A stretch of 64,000 nt of DNA from the human T2T-CHM13v2.0 reference genome, Homo sapiens, in the NCBI RefSeq assembly GCF_009914755.1, contig NC_060929.1. One strand, written 5' to 3'. Below the pieces are notes generated by a model. That model was not told where the DNA came from. It was given only the letters and a program-made list of their open reading frames with translations, and did not search any database. The translations under genes and the position numbers were made by a program. Below, in pieces: positions 21,972-41,400 of the stretch (position 1 is the first letter of the stretch; each line of letters begins with the position of its first letter).

Positions 21972-22684
21972 TGAGCAATAAAGCTTTTTAATCACCTGGG
22001 TGCAGGTGAGCTGAGTCCAAAAAGAGAGTCAGCAAAGAGTGGTGGGATTATCATTAGTTCTTATAGGTTTGGGATAAGTGGTGGAGCTAGGAGCAATTTT
22101 TTGTGGTCAGGGGGTGGATCTCACAAAGTACATTCTCAAGGTCGGGGAGAATATTACAAAGTACCTTCTTAAGGGTGGGGGAGAATATTACAAAGTACCT
22201 TCTTAAGGGTGGGGGAGAATATTACAAAGTACCTTCTTAAGGGTGCGGGAGAATATTACAAAGTACCTTCTTAAGGGTGGGGGAGAATATTACAAAGTAC
22301 ATTCTCAAGGTCGGGGAGAATATTACAAAGTACCTTCTTAAGGGTGGGGGAGAATATTACAAAGTACCTTCTTAAGGGTGCGGGAGAATATTACAAAGTA
22401 CCTTCTTAAGGGTGGGGGAGAATATTACAAAGTACCTTCTTAAGGGTGGGGGAGAATATTACAAAGTACCTTCTTAAGGGCTGGGGAATATCGCAAAGTA
22501 CGTTATCGCAAGGGCGGGGAGGGTGTATTGTTATAAGGTCAGTTGATCAGTTAGGGTGGGGCAGGAACAGATCACAATGGTGGAATGTCATCTTTCATAG
22601 TTCTTCAGTTGCTTCAGGCCATCTGGATGTATACATGCAGGTCACAGGGGATATGATGGCTTAGCTTGGGCTGAGAGGCCTGAC
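21972..22684 (-). promoter_or_regulatory. LTR7 (type I) U3-R without U5
   Basis: GTCAGGCCTCTCAGCCCAAGCTAAGCC start; TATAA at 22065-22061; ATTAAA poly(A) signal. Confidence 0.9.
22123..22525. repeat. 34-bp tandem array (12 units) inside LTR7 U3
   Basis: Unit ACAAAGTACCTTCTTAAGGGTGGGGGAGAATATT, counted directly. Confidence 0.95.
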
Positions 22685-23876
22685 TTCTTATAGTAATTAT
22701 TAATTATTCCTGTCTTCTTATATTAATAAGAAAAACAAAACAAAATGGTGATGAAGTGTTGTGGCGGCGAAAATGTTTGGCGATGGTATGGAGAGATAAT
22801 GGGCGATGTTGCTCAGGGCTGCTTCAAGTGGGATTAGGGGCGGTGTGGGAACCTAGAGTGGAAGAGATTAAACTGAAGAAAGATTTGGGGGTAAGGGGTG
22901 GTGGTGTGGGGTTGTTAGAGGGAGCATTTGTACAGAATGATTGGTGATGGCCTAGATGTGGTTTTGCATGAATTGAGAAACTAAACAGAAGACACGAGGA
23001 CCAAATAAAAGAAGGAGAAAAATAGGTACTAAAGGACTAAGAATTAGGAGTACCCAGGACATCCAATTAGAGAGTGTCCAAGGGGGTCCAGCATAGTTGT
23101 TTGCTTGGCTAGCGAGTTTTTGGGTTTTATCCTTGAGTTTTTTTTTTTATGTTGTCATATACCAGGCCAGATTGATTTAGGTAAAAATAACACTCTTCAT
23201 TTAAAAATATACAGAGTCTCCTTTTTATTTTTGTAGCATTAAGTCGGGTCCTCAGCAATTTTGGAGGAAAGAGAAACGCAAAGCCAGCAATTGTTTGTTA
23301 AAGAAGGATTAGAAATGGCTAGGAGAGAGTGAGTAAGATTGACAGTGTGGTGGAGATAGCTGGGGAGAGGTAGAGGGTGGCATAGAATAAGAGTGAATAT
23401 AAAAGTAAAGAATAGGACTTCATCAGGGTGAAAGTATTTGTGTGTGCCCTATCAGCAAAGATCATCTATCCACTCCAAGAGGGAGTCAAGAGTGGCAGAT
23501 TGGGGAAAGTACCAGGAGATATCTGCTACGATGGTTTGGAGGAAAAGTGTAAACCGGCAGTGTAAACAAGGGCAGGGCATATACGAGTAGTTAAGAATGG
23601 TGAATAGGAGTATGACTAGACAGAAGATGGTAGGGATGACAAGTTTTTGGGGTGCAGTCCAAGTAGTGGGGGTGACTGCGTTGTAAAGAGTACTCTGCAT
23701 TGTAAAGAGTAGGGTAAGGAAGAAGAGACCTAATAAAAATGAAAGGATGTATTAGGCTTATAAGGGTTACTATTATCCTTTAGGAATGCAGGTGAGTTTA
23801 AGGGAAGTAGGAGAGAGTACTTGCGACTTCCAGGCGGAAGAAGAGAAATCAGGCTGTCTGTCTGATGGGCACAGCT

Positions 23877-24865
23877 TTACTCTGGGATGATGAACCTAAA
23901 GGGAGGAGGGTCCTGCAGATGAACAGCTGTTGGGGTACTATAGATGACTAAGTGGGGTCCGGTCCACCGAGGTTGTAGAGTTTGAGGGGTCAGATTTTTA
24001 ACAAGAACTGATCGATGAGCTAGGGTGTCTTCATATGGCTGGGAATCTAGGGTAGGCAAAAGAAGATTAGCAGCTCAGCAAATTTCCTGTCTAGCTTGCT
24101 GGAGGACTGGAAGATAATCACCTAGAGGGCTGGTGTCTGGAATGAGACTGGGGCCTAATCAAAAGGAGCGTCCATACAGGAGCTCAAATGGGCTGTACCC
24201 TGTAGCATCCCGAGGACAGGCCCGAATTCTGAGAAGGACAAGTGGTAAAAGTACTGTCCAGTCGTTTTTAAGCTGGAGGCTGAGCTTGGTGAGGTGTGTC
24301 TTTAAAAGACCATTAGTTCTTTCTACCTCTCCTGAGTATTGAGGGCAATAAGGAGCATGAAGTTTCCATTGAATGCCCAGGGCCTGGGAGACTGCCTGAG
24401 TGACTTGACTAATAAAGGTCGGTCCATTATCGGGCTGTATAGAGGTGGGAAGGCCAAACGGAGGAATTGTCTGACAGAAGGGAGGAAATGACCGTGGTGG
24501 CCTCATACCCTGTGGGAAAGGCCTCTACCCATCCAGTGAAAGTGTCTACCCAGACCAAGAGGTATTTTAGTTTCCTGACTCGGGGCATGTGAGTAAAGTC
24601 AATTTGTCAGTCCTGGGTAGAGGCAAATCCCCAAGCTTGATGTGTAGGGAAGGTGGGGGGGCCTGAACAATCCCTGAGGAGTAGTAGAATAGCAGATGGA
24701 ACATTGAGAAGTGATTTCCTTGAGGATAGATTTCCATGATGGAAAGGAAATGAGAGGTTCTAAGAGGTGGGCTAACGGCTTGTAACCTACATGGAAGAGG
24801 TTATGAAAGGACAACAGAATAGAATGGGCCTGTGAGGCTGGAAGGAGATATTCTCCTTGGTCCAA
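23877..24865 (-). pseudogene. HERV-H integrase relic
   Basis: IPPFGLPTSIQPDNGPTF...SGEVERTNGLLK (D and E of the DDE motif), HNLFH...CSIC zinc finger, WTGPH (GPY/F-like); frames broken. Confidence 0.9.
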
Positions 24866-25260
24866 GAACTGTTTGCCTTGTGTGGGAAGAGATTAATAGG
24901 TGGAAGTTTCAGTGGGAGAGTAGGTGGGAGTGACCGATGAGAAGGAGACAAACTGGCTGTGAGGGACAGAAGTTGGAACACTAGCTGCTTTTTAGCTACC
25001 TTATTAGCATAAACATTGTCCTGAGCGATGAGGCCACTGCAAGGTGGCCCTTGCAGTGAATGACTCCAGCTTCCTTTAGAAGTAAAGCAGCCTTGAGAAG
25101 AGTTTTCATTAAAGAGGCATTAATGATGGAGGGCCCTTGCCTAGTGAGGAAACCTCTTTCTGCCCATATAACAGCATGGTGGTGCAGGATATGGAAGGCA
25201 TATTTAGAGTCAGTATAAATATTGATGCATAGTCCCTTTGCAAGAATGAGGGCCTGAGTT

Positions 25261-26211
25261 CAACCTACAAAATGGGAGAAAATTTTCACAACCTACTCAT
25301 CTGAAAAAGGGCTAATATCCAGAATCTACAATGAACTCAAACATATTTACAAGAAAAAAACAAACAACCCCATCAAAAAGTGGGCGAAGGATATGAACAG
25401 ATACTTCTCAACAGAAGACATTTAGGCAGCCAAAAGACACATGAAAAAATGCTCATCATCACTGGCCATCAGAGAAATGGAAATCAAAACCACAATGAGA
25501 TACCATCTCACACCAGTTAGAATGGCAATCATTAAAAAGTTAGGAAGCAACAGGTGCTGGAGAGGATGTGGAGAAATAGGAACACTTTTACACTGTTGGT
25601 GGGACTGTAAACTAGTTCAACCATTGTGGAAGTCAGTGTGGTGATTCCTCAGGGATCTAGAACTAGAAATACCATTTGACCCAGCCATCCCATTACTGGG
25701 TATATACCCAAAGGACTATAAATCATGCTGCTATAAAGACACATGCACACATAAGTTTATTGCAGCACTATTCACAATAGCAAAGACTTGGAACCAACCC
25801 AAATGTCCAACAACGATAGACTGGATTAAGAAAATGTGGCACATATACACCATGGAACACTATGCAGCCATAAAAAATGATGAGTTCATGTCCTTTGTAG
25901 GGACATGGATGAAACTGGAAATCATCATTCTCAGTAAACTATCGCAAGGACAAAAAACCAAACACCGCATGTTCTCACTCATAGATGGGAATTGAACAAT
26001 GAGAACACATGGACACAGGAAGGGGAACATCACACACTGGGGACTGTTGTGGGGTGGGGGGAGGGGGGAGGGATAGCATTAGGAGATATACCTAATGCTA
26101 ATTGATGAGTTAATGGGTGCAGCACACCAGCATGGCACATGTATACATGTGTAACTAACCTGCACATTGTGTACATGTACCCTAAAACTTAAAGTATAAA
26201 AAAAAAAAAAA
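25261..26211 (+). mobile_element. 5'-truncated L1PA (L1PA3/4-like) inserted in HERV-H RNase H
   Basis: ORF2 C-terminus ([18 protein letters not shown]), 3' UTR G-rich tract and poly(A); 19-bp TSD AAGAATGAGGGCCTGAGTT (25242-25260, 26212-26230); lacks the L1Hs ACA diagnostic. Confidence 0.95.
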
Positions 26212-26242
26212 AAGAATGAGGGCCTGAGTTAAGGCAATGAGT

Positions 26243-27210
26243 TCAGCTTACTGAGAGGTAGTGGAGGGGCAGAGTGGTAGTCTCAATGATAGATGTGGAA
26301 GATACTATAGCATAGCCTGCCTTTGCTGGTGTGTGGTGATTAGGCCTGGTGGAACTGCTATCGATAAACCAAGTGTGATCAGGGTGAGGAACAGGAAAGA
26401 AGGAAATATGGGGAAATGGAGTGAATGTCAGGTGGATCAGAGAGATATAGTCATGGGGGTCAGGTGTGGTATCAGGAATAATGTGGGAGGCCGGATTGAA
26501 GTCCAGGCCAAGAACAATGGTAATTGTGGGAGACTCAACAAACAGTGAATACAGCCAAAGGAGCCGGAGGGCAGAAAGTATATGTGTCAGGTGTGAGGAA
26601 GAAAATAGACTTTGAAAGTTATGAGAACTGTAGAGAGTGAGTTGAGCATAGTTTGTGATTTTGAGGGCCTCTAAAAGTATTAAAGAAGCAGCAGCTGCCA
26701 CACGCAGACTTGAGGGCTAGGCTAAAAGAGTAAGGTCAAGTTGTTTGGACAGAAAGGCTACAGGGCGTGGTCCCAGCTCTTATGTAAGAATTCTGACCAC
26801 ACAGCCCTGCACTTTGGCTGTGTGTAATGAAAAAGGTTGGGATGAGTTAGGGAGAGCTAGTGTGGGAGCAGATTTTAGGGCTGTTTTTTAAGGAATGGAA
26901 AGGGGAGTGGGGCAAGGATTTAGGATTTATGGGGTCAGCTAGGTTTATCTAGAACAGAATAATGGGTTGTAGAGGGAGATATTGAGGATAGGAGAGTATA
27001 TGGGTTTGGCACCATGGGGTGGATAGGCAAGACAATTTGGTTGATAAGGCGCAGATTCTGAACTAACCTGTAAGGCTTGTCTGGTTTTTGGACAGGTAAA
27101 ATGGGGGAATTGTAAGGAGAGTTTATAGGCTTTAAAAGGCCATGCTGTAACAGGCAAGTGATGACAGGCTTTAATCCTTTAAAGTGTGCTGTGGGATGGG
27201 ATATTGGCAT
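26243..27210 (-). pseudogene. HERV-H RT/RNase H relic with RT core deleted
   Basis: SPYNSPILPVQKPDKPYRLVQNLRLINQ...YSVLD then a jump; no YXDD seen; WFIDSSS...AKAGYAIV RNase H. Confidence 0.88.
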
Positions 27211-27492
27211 TGAGTGGGGTAAGGGTGATTAAATTTTAATGGGATGGTAAGGGGTGCATCATCCGTCACCAAGGAGGGAGTAGAGGTGTCCTATACTTGT
27301 AGATTAAGGTGGGGAGATACAAAGGGAGGATGTGAAGGAGGCTTTGAACTGGGGAAAAAGGTGGCAATGAGGTGTGGCTATAGCCCAGGAATAGTCAGGG
27401 AAGCAGATAATTTAGTTAAAATGTCTCGACCTAGTAAGGGAGCTGGTCAGGTGAGGATAACTAAAAAGGAGTGCATTAAAGAATGTTGTCCA

Positions 27493-28350
<858 letters not shown>

Positions 28351-28438
28351 CAGGGGATGGACTTACCCTCCACTGTAAGAGTTACTCGAAGCTCGGGGTC
28401 CGTGATAGTCCAGGAGCTTCCAAAGCGATTGGGCAGCG

Positions 28439-29330
28439 TCAGTCTTCAGCTGTTGAGCCAAGGAGATCTGGAAAGGAGTCGGCCAAGGAACGTTGGGTTT
28501 GAGCTCTGGGAGCTTTAGGAGTGGCAGCTATGTGAGTTGGACAGTCCGACTTCCAGTGGGGGCCCGCACAGACAGGGCACAGCTTAGGAGGAATCCCGGG
28601 CTGCAGGCATTCTGAGGCCCAGTGGCCAGGCTTTTGGCATATGAAGCAAGGTCCACAGGGAGGTTTTGAAGGAGCCCCTGGGAGATGTGGCTTGGATGTT
28701 CTGAAGTTTTTGTATGCTGGAGACAGGGTTTTGGGTTGTCTTACAGTGGAGGCAGGTAGCTGTAACTCAGAGATGCATTGTCGCTTGGCTGCTTCTTCTC
28801 TATTATTGTACACCTTGAAGGTGAGGTTAATTAAGTCCTGTTGTGGGGTTTGAGGACCAGAATCCAATTTTTGGAGTTTTTTTCTAATGTCGGGAGGGGT
28901 CGGGTAATAAAATGCATATTGAGAATAAAACGGCCTTCTGTCCTCTCTGGGTCTTGGGCAGTAGAGCATCTAAGGGTTGTTGTCAAATGGGCCATGAACT
29001 GGGCTGGGTTTTTATAGTTGATGAAAAAGAAAAAAGAGCCTAAATGCTAACTGATTTGGGAGAGGTCGGTTAAAGAAAAAGGAGCATTAACCGTGACTAT
29101 GCCTTTAGCTCCAGCCACCTTTCTAAGAGGAAACTGTTGGGCAGGTGGGGGAGGGCTAGTCCCAGAACGAAGCTGTAAACCAGACCAGGTGTGAGGAGGG
29201 GAGGTGATAGAATGATTATAGGGTGGGGGAGGGGAGGCTGAGGAAGAATTGGGACCTGGCTACACCTGGCGCGGAGCAGCCTGGGGAGGAGGGGAGAGGT
29301 CAGATGAGTCCGTAGGAAAGGAGGATTCAA
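28439..29330 (-). pseudogene. HERV-H gag relic
   Basis: PDIRKKLQKL...FKVYNNREE; zinc knuckles CFICQKPGHWASEC and CPVCAGPHWKSDC. Confidence 0.9.
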
Positions 29331-29807
29331 AGGACTCAGAGCTTGGAGTGGAGACTGAAGGAACAGACAGGAGAGAAAGAGGAAAGATTTGGGAAGAGTC
29401 GCATTGGGAGCAGAGATTAGGAAGCGACCGATGTGTAAAAGAATGCCTGGACGTCAGGCACCTCAGACCATTTGCCCATTTTTCGACAAAAATTATCTAG
29501 ATCTTGTATAAGGATCTTGTATAGGATAGACAAATCGAAAGTGCCATTCTCTGGCCACTTGGAACTACTGTCGAGTTTGTATTGGGGCCAAGCAGTATTG
29601 TAGAAGAAAATAAGACATTTAAGTTTAAGTTCTTGAGAGAAGAAGGGGGAATGGAGGGCAGAAGTTTAGTGAAAAGACCGCTTACCCGATTTGAAATTGG
29701 TGAGATGTTCCTTGGGCTGGCTGGTCTGAGGACCCAAGGTCGTAGGTGGATCTCCTCATGGAGTGAGGGCGAGGACAGGGGGCTGGTCTCCCAAAGGAGT
29801 CCTCCTG

Positions 29808-29826
29808 TCCCAGGTTTTCAGCACCA
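29808..29826 (-). promoter_or_regulatory. Primer binding site, tRNA-Phe-like
   Basis: TGGTGCTGAAAACCTGGGA vs Phe TGGTGCCGAAACCCGGGA and His TGGTGCCGTGACTCGGAT. Confidence 0.8.
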
Positions 29827-29875
29827 AATGTCACGCACATCCACATGAAGATACCGCCAAACAGGCTTTGTGTGA

Positions 29876-30281
<406 letters not shown>

Positions 30282-30617
30282 TAGGGGAGGTAGAGCAGAT
30301 GCTGCTGGGTGCCCTGCCCATACCCCCTCACCAGGCTGTGCATTCACCCTCCAGCTGCTACAGGCCTTGGCTGCTAATGGCTCAGGCCATTGTCCTTTCA
30401 CAGAGGATTGTTGTTGGCTGAGAGGAGCCTCCTCCCCTAGAAGTGGGTCCTGAAGATGATGGCTGAGAGGTTATGTCCTCCTCCTGGAGGAGCCAGGGCC
30501 AAAGACTCACTGATGAAGAGATATAGCAGCCTTCTGGTCTCGGGGTGGGACAACTTCTGTGGTACAATTAACAGCTGAGAGCTTGCCGTGGGGATGAGGT
30601 GGAGGCTAAATTTCCTT

Positions 30618-30939
30618 TATTATTATTATTATTGTTTTTTTTTTTTTTTTGAGGCAGAGTCTCACCACTCTGTTGCCCAGGTTGGAGTGCAGTGGTATGA
30701 TATTAGCTCAATGCAACCTCCGCCTGCCTCCCGGGTTCAAGCGATTCTCCTGCCTCAGCCTCCCAAATAGCTGAGATTACAGGCACACACTACCGTGCCC
30801 GGCTAATTTTTTTATTTGTAGTACAGACGGGGTTTCACCATGCTGTCCAGGCTGGTCTTGGACTCCTAATCTCAAGTGATCCACCCGCTTCGGCCTTCCA
30901 AAGTGCTGGAATTACAGACGTGAGCCACTGCGCCCGGCC
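30618..30939 (-). mobile_element. AluS
   Basis: Alu consensus; flanking repeat GGAGGCTAAA. Confidence 0.9.
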
Positions 30940-31395
30940 AGGAGGCTAAACTTCTGAAGTCATTTTGCCTAACTTTTTCCCTGGTGTCTTCTACTTTTCT
31001 TACTCCCAGCTTCCTTCTTAAAATCACCGAAGGAAGAATTCCTGCCTCAGTTTCTGCCCACCGGGGAACATAATCTAAAGGTAGTGACAGAAGTTGGCCT
31101 AGGAAAGTGACTAGATCTAGATTTGGACATTGGATCACTCGTCCACTAGATGGCAGTGAGAACCCCATCATCGGTGGTGGGAATTACTGTGATGATGCAA
31201 TTGCTAAAATGTTCACCTGTAGTTTACTGGGGACGAAGTGTAGTTAGAAGTTGTGTTAACTTGTGGAATGGCTCTGGCATTTGAGTGTATGGAGAAAGCA
31301 GGGGAAACCTGGGCATGCAGGGCCACTGTACTATTTTTTCAACTTCTTGTGTGTCTGTAATTCTTTCAAAATAAAAACTTTAAAAACTGAAGATA

Positions 31396-31696
31396 GGCTG
31401 GGCGAGATGGTTCACACCTGTAATCCCAGCCTTCTGTGAGGCCAAGGCAGGAGGATTGCTTGAGCCCAGGAGTTTGAGGCTAGTCTGGGCAACATGGTAA
31501 AACCTCATCTCTACAAAGAAATACAAAAATTAGCTGGGTATGGTGGTGCATGCCTATAGTCCCAGCTACTCAGGAGGCTGAGGTGGGAGGATCGCTTGAG
31601 CCAGGGAGGTCAAAGCTGCAGTGAGCCATGATTGTGCCCCTGCACTCCTGCCTGGGTGACAGGGTGAGACCCTGTCTCAAAACAAAACAAAACAAA
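31396..31696 (+). mobile_element. AluJ (after an L1M 3' end relic at ~31300-31390)
   Basis: J diagnostics. Confidence 0.88.
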
Positions 31697-32444
31697 CCAC
31701 TGAAGTAAATAAATAGCAATATCATGAAAACAATATTGTATCCTAGGTGGACTAGTAAACATTAGTACCATCCTCAAGGATTAAAAGATGCAGAAACAAT
31801 GATTCTCACATATCCCTATTTAATTCAATAACTTGGTTTCTGCAAAAATCAAATGAATTGTGCCAGATGACATGGACTACCAGAAACTCAACAAATAGTA
31901 TCCCCATTTAAAGCTCTTGGACTGGAAGTATTATTTTTACTAGAACAGATTAACATAGATTTTGATATGTGGTGTGTAGCTATTGGACTGGCAACTATAT
32001 AAATATAAATTAATGCAATTGAATATATTCATGACTTTGTGTCAGGACTATGTTAACGCTCCTATTCTCCATCACAATGCAGTCCAAAGGGACCCAGATC
32101 ATGTGGCCATTCCACAGAATTTCACATTCAGCAGTTATGTTGATATGATAAGTGAACATAAGAAGTACCCTGGGTTGCTGATAAGACACATGCACTTCAG
32201 AAGGTAGAAGATAAGCCCTTAAAGGAGTCTGCCACATGCATTGGTGAAGTTTACAGGGGTCCAGTGCTCTGAGGCATGCCGGCACATGTCCTCTATGGTA
32301 AAGAACAAGCTATTGTACCTTCCAACTCCTACCACTAAGAAAAAAGCACAGAGCATGGTAGGCCACTATGCATATTGGAGTTATGTATCACACTTGGAGA
32401 ACACTGCTTTGATTCATTTATTAGATGATGATGAAGGTTACCAG

Positions 32445-32754
<310 letters not shown>

Positions 32755-32979
32755 TTAAAGTTACCAGTTTAAGTGAAACCCAGGGCAGAAAAAGGCTCTA
32801 TAGTAGATCCAGTTTGCACTGCAAGGAACATTACCACTTGGGCCATATGACCAAGGAGATTCTAAGGTACTAGATGTATCTGTGGTAGATAAAGATGCAG
32901 TGTAAAAGCTCAAATATGAGAATCTCAGGGCAGATGAGAAGGGTTCTGGGGCAAGGCCAAGCCACTGGCAACAAAACTA

Positions 32980-33638
<659 letters not shown>

Positions 33639-34048
33639 ACCCAGCTTCTCACACACTATTGGGACCTGGAAGAGACTGATTATGAGACATCCAATGATCA
33701 TGAAATTAGAGTGAGCTGCCTATTATGATCTACCAAGTCATAAACTCGCAGATGTCAGTGCATTCCATCATAAGGTGGAAACAGTACATCTGAAACTGGG
33801 ATCAGGTAGGTCCGGAAGGCACAAATAATCTGTACAAACTGATGTCAGTAGTCCAGGCTGACATATCACCCACTATTCTTACACAAACATTTTTCCTTCA
33901 GCTCATACCTATAGTTTCATGAGGCTTCACTAGGACCACCCAATAGAGAAAGAAAAATCCTGGCCTTGGTATGTTGCTATAGGCAGAAAAGAGACTGTTG
34001 CTGCTCTACGGCCCATTTGGGCTGAAAGATAATGGTGGACGCTAATTA

Positions 34049-34513
<465 letters not shown>

Positions 34514-35349
34514 GAATGCTTGGAGAAGAAGCATGTGAGTAGATTGATGGGAGTGGGCAAGAAATGCCAGCTAATGTCCACTAGAGAGCATGCACTGCAG
34601 ATGAGGCTCTAAACAGGCAGTCACCTAGTGGATGCCAGCTAGCTTCTATCCTCAGCCACACCAGCGTTTGCACAGTGGTTTATGAGCAGAGTAGCTGTGG
34701 TAGAAGCAATGTGGGTTATGCGTGAGTTCAGCAGCATGGGTTCCCTCTCAAAAATGCTGATCCAGTTACTGTTGCTGCTGAGTGTCCAGCCACAGGAACA
34801 AAGAGCAAAACTGAGCCCTCCAGGCAGTACAGCACCTTGAGAAAACCAACCGCTACTTGTTGGTAAAATGATTATATCAGACCCCTTTCATTCTGCAAAG
34901 AGCAACAATTCAACCTGGGCAACACTGTATTTATTATAGCCTCAGGACCAGCCGCAGCAGTCAGGGTTGTTCAGTTTGTTCCACTAGCCTTTCTCTTTTA
35001 AGGTCCCAGAAATTGCACCAGCCAGAATCCCAGAAAACCTGCAGCCAGATGGACTGACATTAACATGAGAAACATTTGGAGCTGAATGGTACAAAGGGTA
35101 GACTGTAGCAGATGCTGTTGGTGCCCTCATAAACCCCCCTAGACAGGCTGGTGTGCCAGCATTGACTGCTAATGGTTTACACATGTGCTCCTCCCCAGAG
35201 ATTTGCATTTGGCTGAAGGGAGCTGCCTAAGCCTCAGATGACTGAAAGATTAACATACTCCCCACCCCACAGATAATCTGTGGTCAATGACTGTTGGATG
35301 CAGGGGAATAGGCCCAGCCCCTTGCTTCCGGAAGGTTCACCAAACATTT

Positions 35350-36095
<746 letters not shown>

Positions 36096-36218
36096 CCCTC
36101 TACCTAGGAACTCTAATGGAATTTCTGATGTACTAGAAAGTTGAACTGCATGTTTCCAAAGGTTTCTTTTCATCCAGATTCTCTGGCACATCTCTGAAAA
36201 ATGACTGAATTGTTTTAG

Positions 36219-36660
<442 letters not shown>

Positions 36661-37498
36661 TAAAACGTAACTTTACCTCTCTGAGCCTGAGTTTTATCAA
36701 CTGTAAGATGAAATGTGAGAGAGGTCAATGGGACCTCTAAGAGCCTTTCTAGCTCTGATATTTAATGATTATCTATAGTGTATTTCTTCAAGAAATACAC
36801 AGCAACAGTTCTTTATAGGCTGAGAGGAGTGGGAGCACAGAACTTCAATGCATTAAATTTTGCAGTCAACTTAACTTACAATAAACTATTTAATCACTGA
36901 GTATCTTTTATTTTTGGAGTTTAACATTTGGAGATGAGTCAAAGACGCTAGATTCTTTGCTTCTGGCGCTAGATATAATCACGTAGACTCAAATATTCCA
37001 TTCAATTAAGGCAGTAATTGGGGGTGATTTATCTTTCAGAGGAGTGCAGAATGGGGCCAAGGAAGTCCAGTGGGAAATGGCTGTGTTTGGCAATACCAAG
37101 AAACACTCCAGGGCACCTGGCCACCACCGCATCAGTGACGCATAGCCCAAGCCAATAATGAATTCAACGTTAAGCTAAAAGCTACTGAAATTTTAATTCC
37201 TTTAGAAACAAATAGGTATGGCTGTGTTCCAATAAAATCCTATTTTCTGGTTTCAGTAATCATTTTTTTAAAGAAAGTCATTTGGAAGGCACAAAATTAT
37301 TAAAGAAAGATTTCCAAAAGCTACCGCAGATAAATCTGTTTTCCTGGTAAATGTAAAGTCTTCTGACATTCTGTTTTTCTGAATCTCACATAGTTTTTGT
37401 TTGTTTGTGTTTTGGTTTTTGGTTTTTGGGTTTTTTTTGTACAGGACAGGGCATTTAACTGATCACTTGATGCTTGTGTAAGAAATCCAGGCCAAGTG

Positions 37499-38030
<532 letters not shown>

Positions 38031-38308
38031 TCAGCTGCAGTTTGAGCAAAGACATCTTGTAAGGCTTTTCAAGGGACAGAAAAGACAGATGATCTCTTCC
38101 CCCTCTTTGTCAAGCATTTTGCTCCATTCAGTTTACCACAAACCTGGCTCTTCAGTGTTTAATCTGTGTACTCCTATTACTAGTATAAAAGGAACAGTGA
38201 TTTCCTTAAGAACTGAGACCTAAGGTGTTGCTGGCTTTCTCTGCTGAGGATCTGGGGAATTATTTCAAAATCTCCTTACAGAAAAATGCATCAAACACTA
38301 GAGGAGGT

Positions 38309-38720
38309 TAATATAGTTTGGATATTTTCCCTCTCCAAATCTCATGTTGAAATTTGATCCCCAATATCGGAGTGGGTCCTAGTGTTTGGGTCACGAGGGC
38401 AGATCCCTCATGAATGGCTTGGTGCCATCCTCGTAGTAATGAGTGAGTTCTCTCTTGCTCTACTAGGTTCCCTCAAGAATTGGTTCTTAAAAAGAGCTTG
38501 GTACCTTCCCCTCTCTCTTGCCTCCTTCCTCTTGTCATGTGATGCCTGATCCCTTCTGCCTTCTGCTGTGAGTGGAAGCTTCCTGAGGCCCTCATTAGAA
38601 GCCGATGCTGGTACCATGTGTCTTGTACTGCCTGCAGAACCGTGAGCCAAATATAACCTCTTTCTTTATAAATTACCCAGTCTCAGGTATTTCTTCATAG
38701 CACTGTAAATAGACTAAGAC
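38309..38720 (+). mobile_element. MSTB MaLR solo LTR
   Basis: TAATATAGTTTGGATA...GACTAAGAC; TSD GAGGT. Confidence 0.85.
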
Positions 38721-39078
38721 GAGGTGTTGGAGGATCTAAGACCCGTTCCATTAGGAACGAACAGCATCTAGCACGTGCTTCTAGTATCACCTGGACTTAA
38801 AATCTCCGTGGCCTCTGTGTTTCCTCTTTTACCTTCTAAAACCATTCATTTGCCAACTTATGTCTAGTCAATATACACAGGGTTTTTCATATCATTCCTT
38901 TCTAAAATTGCCATCACTTATTTCAGGCTCCCTCAATGACACCATAGCATTAGACTCTGAACAGCCTTTCTAGCCCCAAGGCATCTTGACATGCTAGTAG
39001 ACTATTCATTTTAAACCCATTTCCTGTCCTATTTATTTCTGCTCATTTCTTCTCAGTGGTTGTCTACTGCATACGTAA

Positions 39079-40208
<1,130 letters not shown>

Positions 40209-40224
40209 GGAGCTCTCTGACTTC

Positions 40225-40550
40225 CTGAGAGTAAACTGTGGAAAGACCAGGATAGAAACAGGAAAAATCATTTAGAAGCCTCTACAATAATCTGTGATGG
40301 TGGCTTAGACCAGGGTGGTGGGCAAGGTTATGAAAAGAAGTCAGAAAGAAGTCAGACTCTAGAGATATTTTAAAGGTAGAGCTGACAAGATCCACTGATG
40401 GGTCAAATACAGGATGTGAGAGAAAGGGAAGAGACAAGCATAATTTTAGTTATCCTTTGTCAACTAGAAGGATGAAGTCGGCATTCACCACAATGTGGTA
40501 GACTACAAGAGGAGCAAGTTTTGGAAGGTGGGGTGAAGGGAAGACAGATT
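40225..40550 (-). mobile_element. L2 relic
   Basis: gatggtggcttagaccagggtgg...gatattttaaaggtagagc. Confidence 0.65.
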
Positions 40551-40624
40551 TTTATTACATTATCAGTGATAACTTAAAAATAGTCCTAATCTTATTCAAC
40601 ATTTTCATTAAAATAGTCCTTTCT

Positions 40625-41400
<776 letters not shown>

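Noticed and set aside
22123-22525. 34-bp array as a CRISPR-like locus
   Set aside because: Units are head-to-tail with no unique spacers and lie within LTR7 U3 in primate DNA
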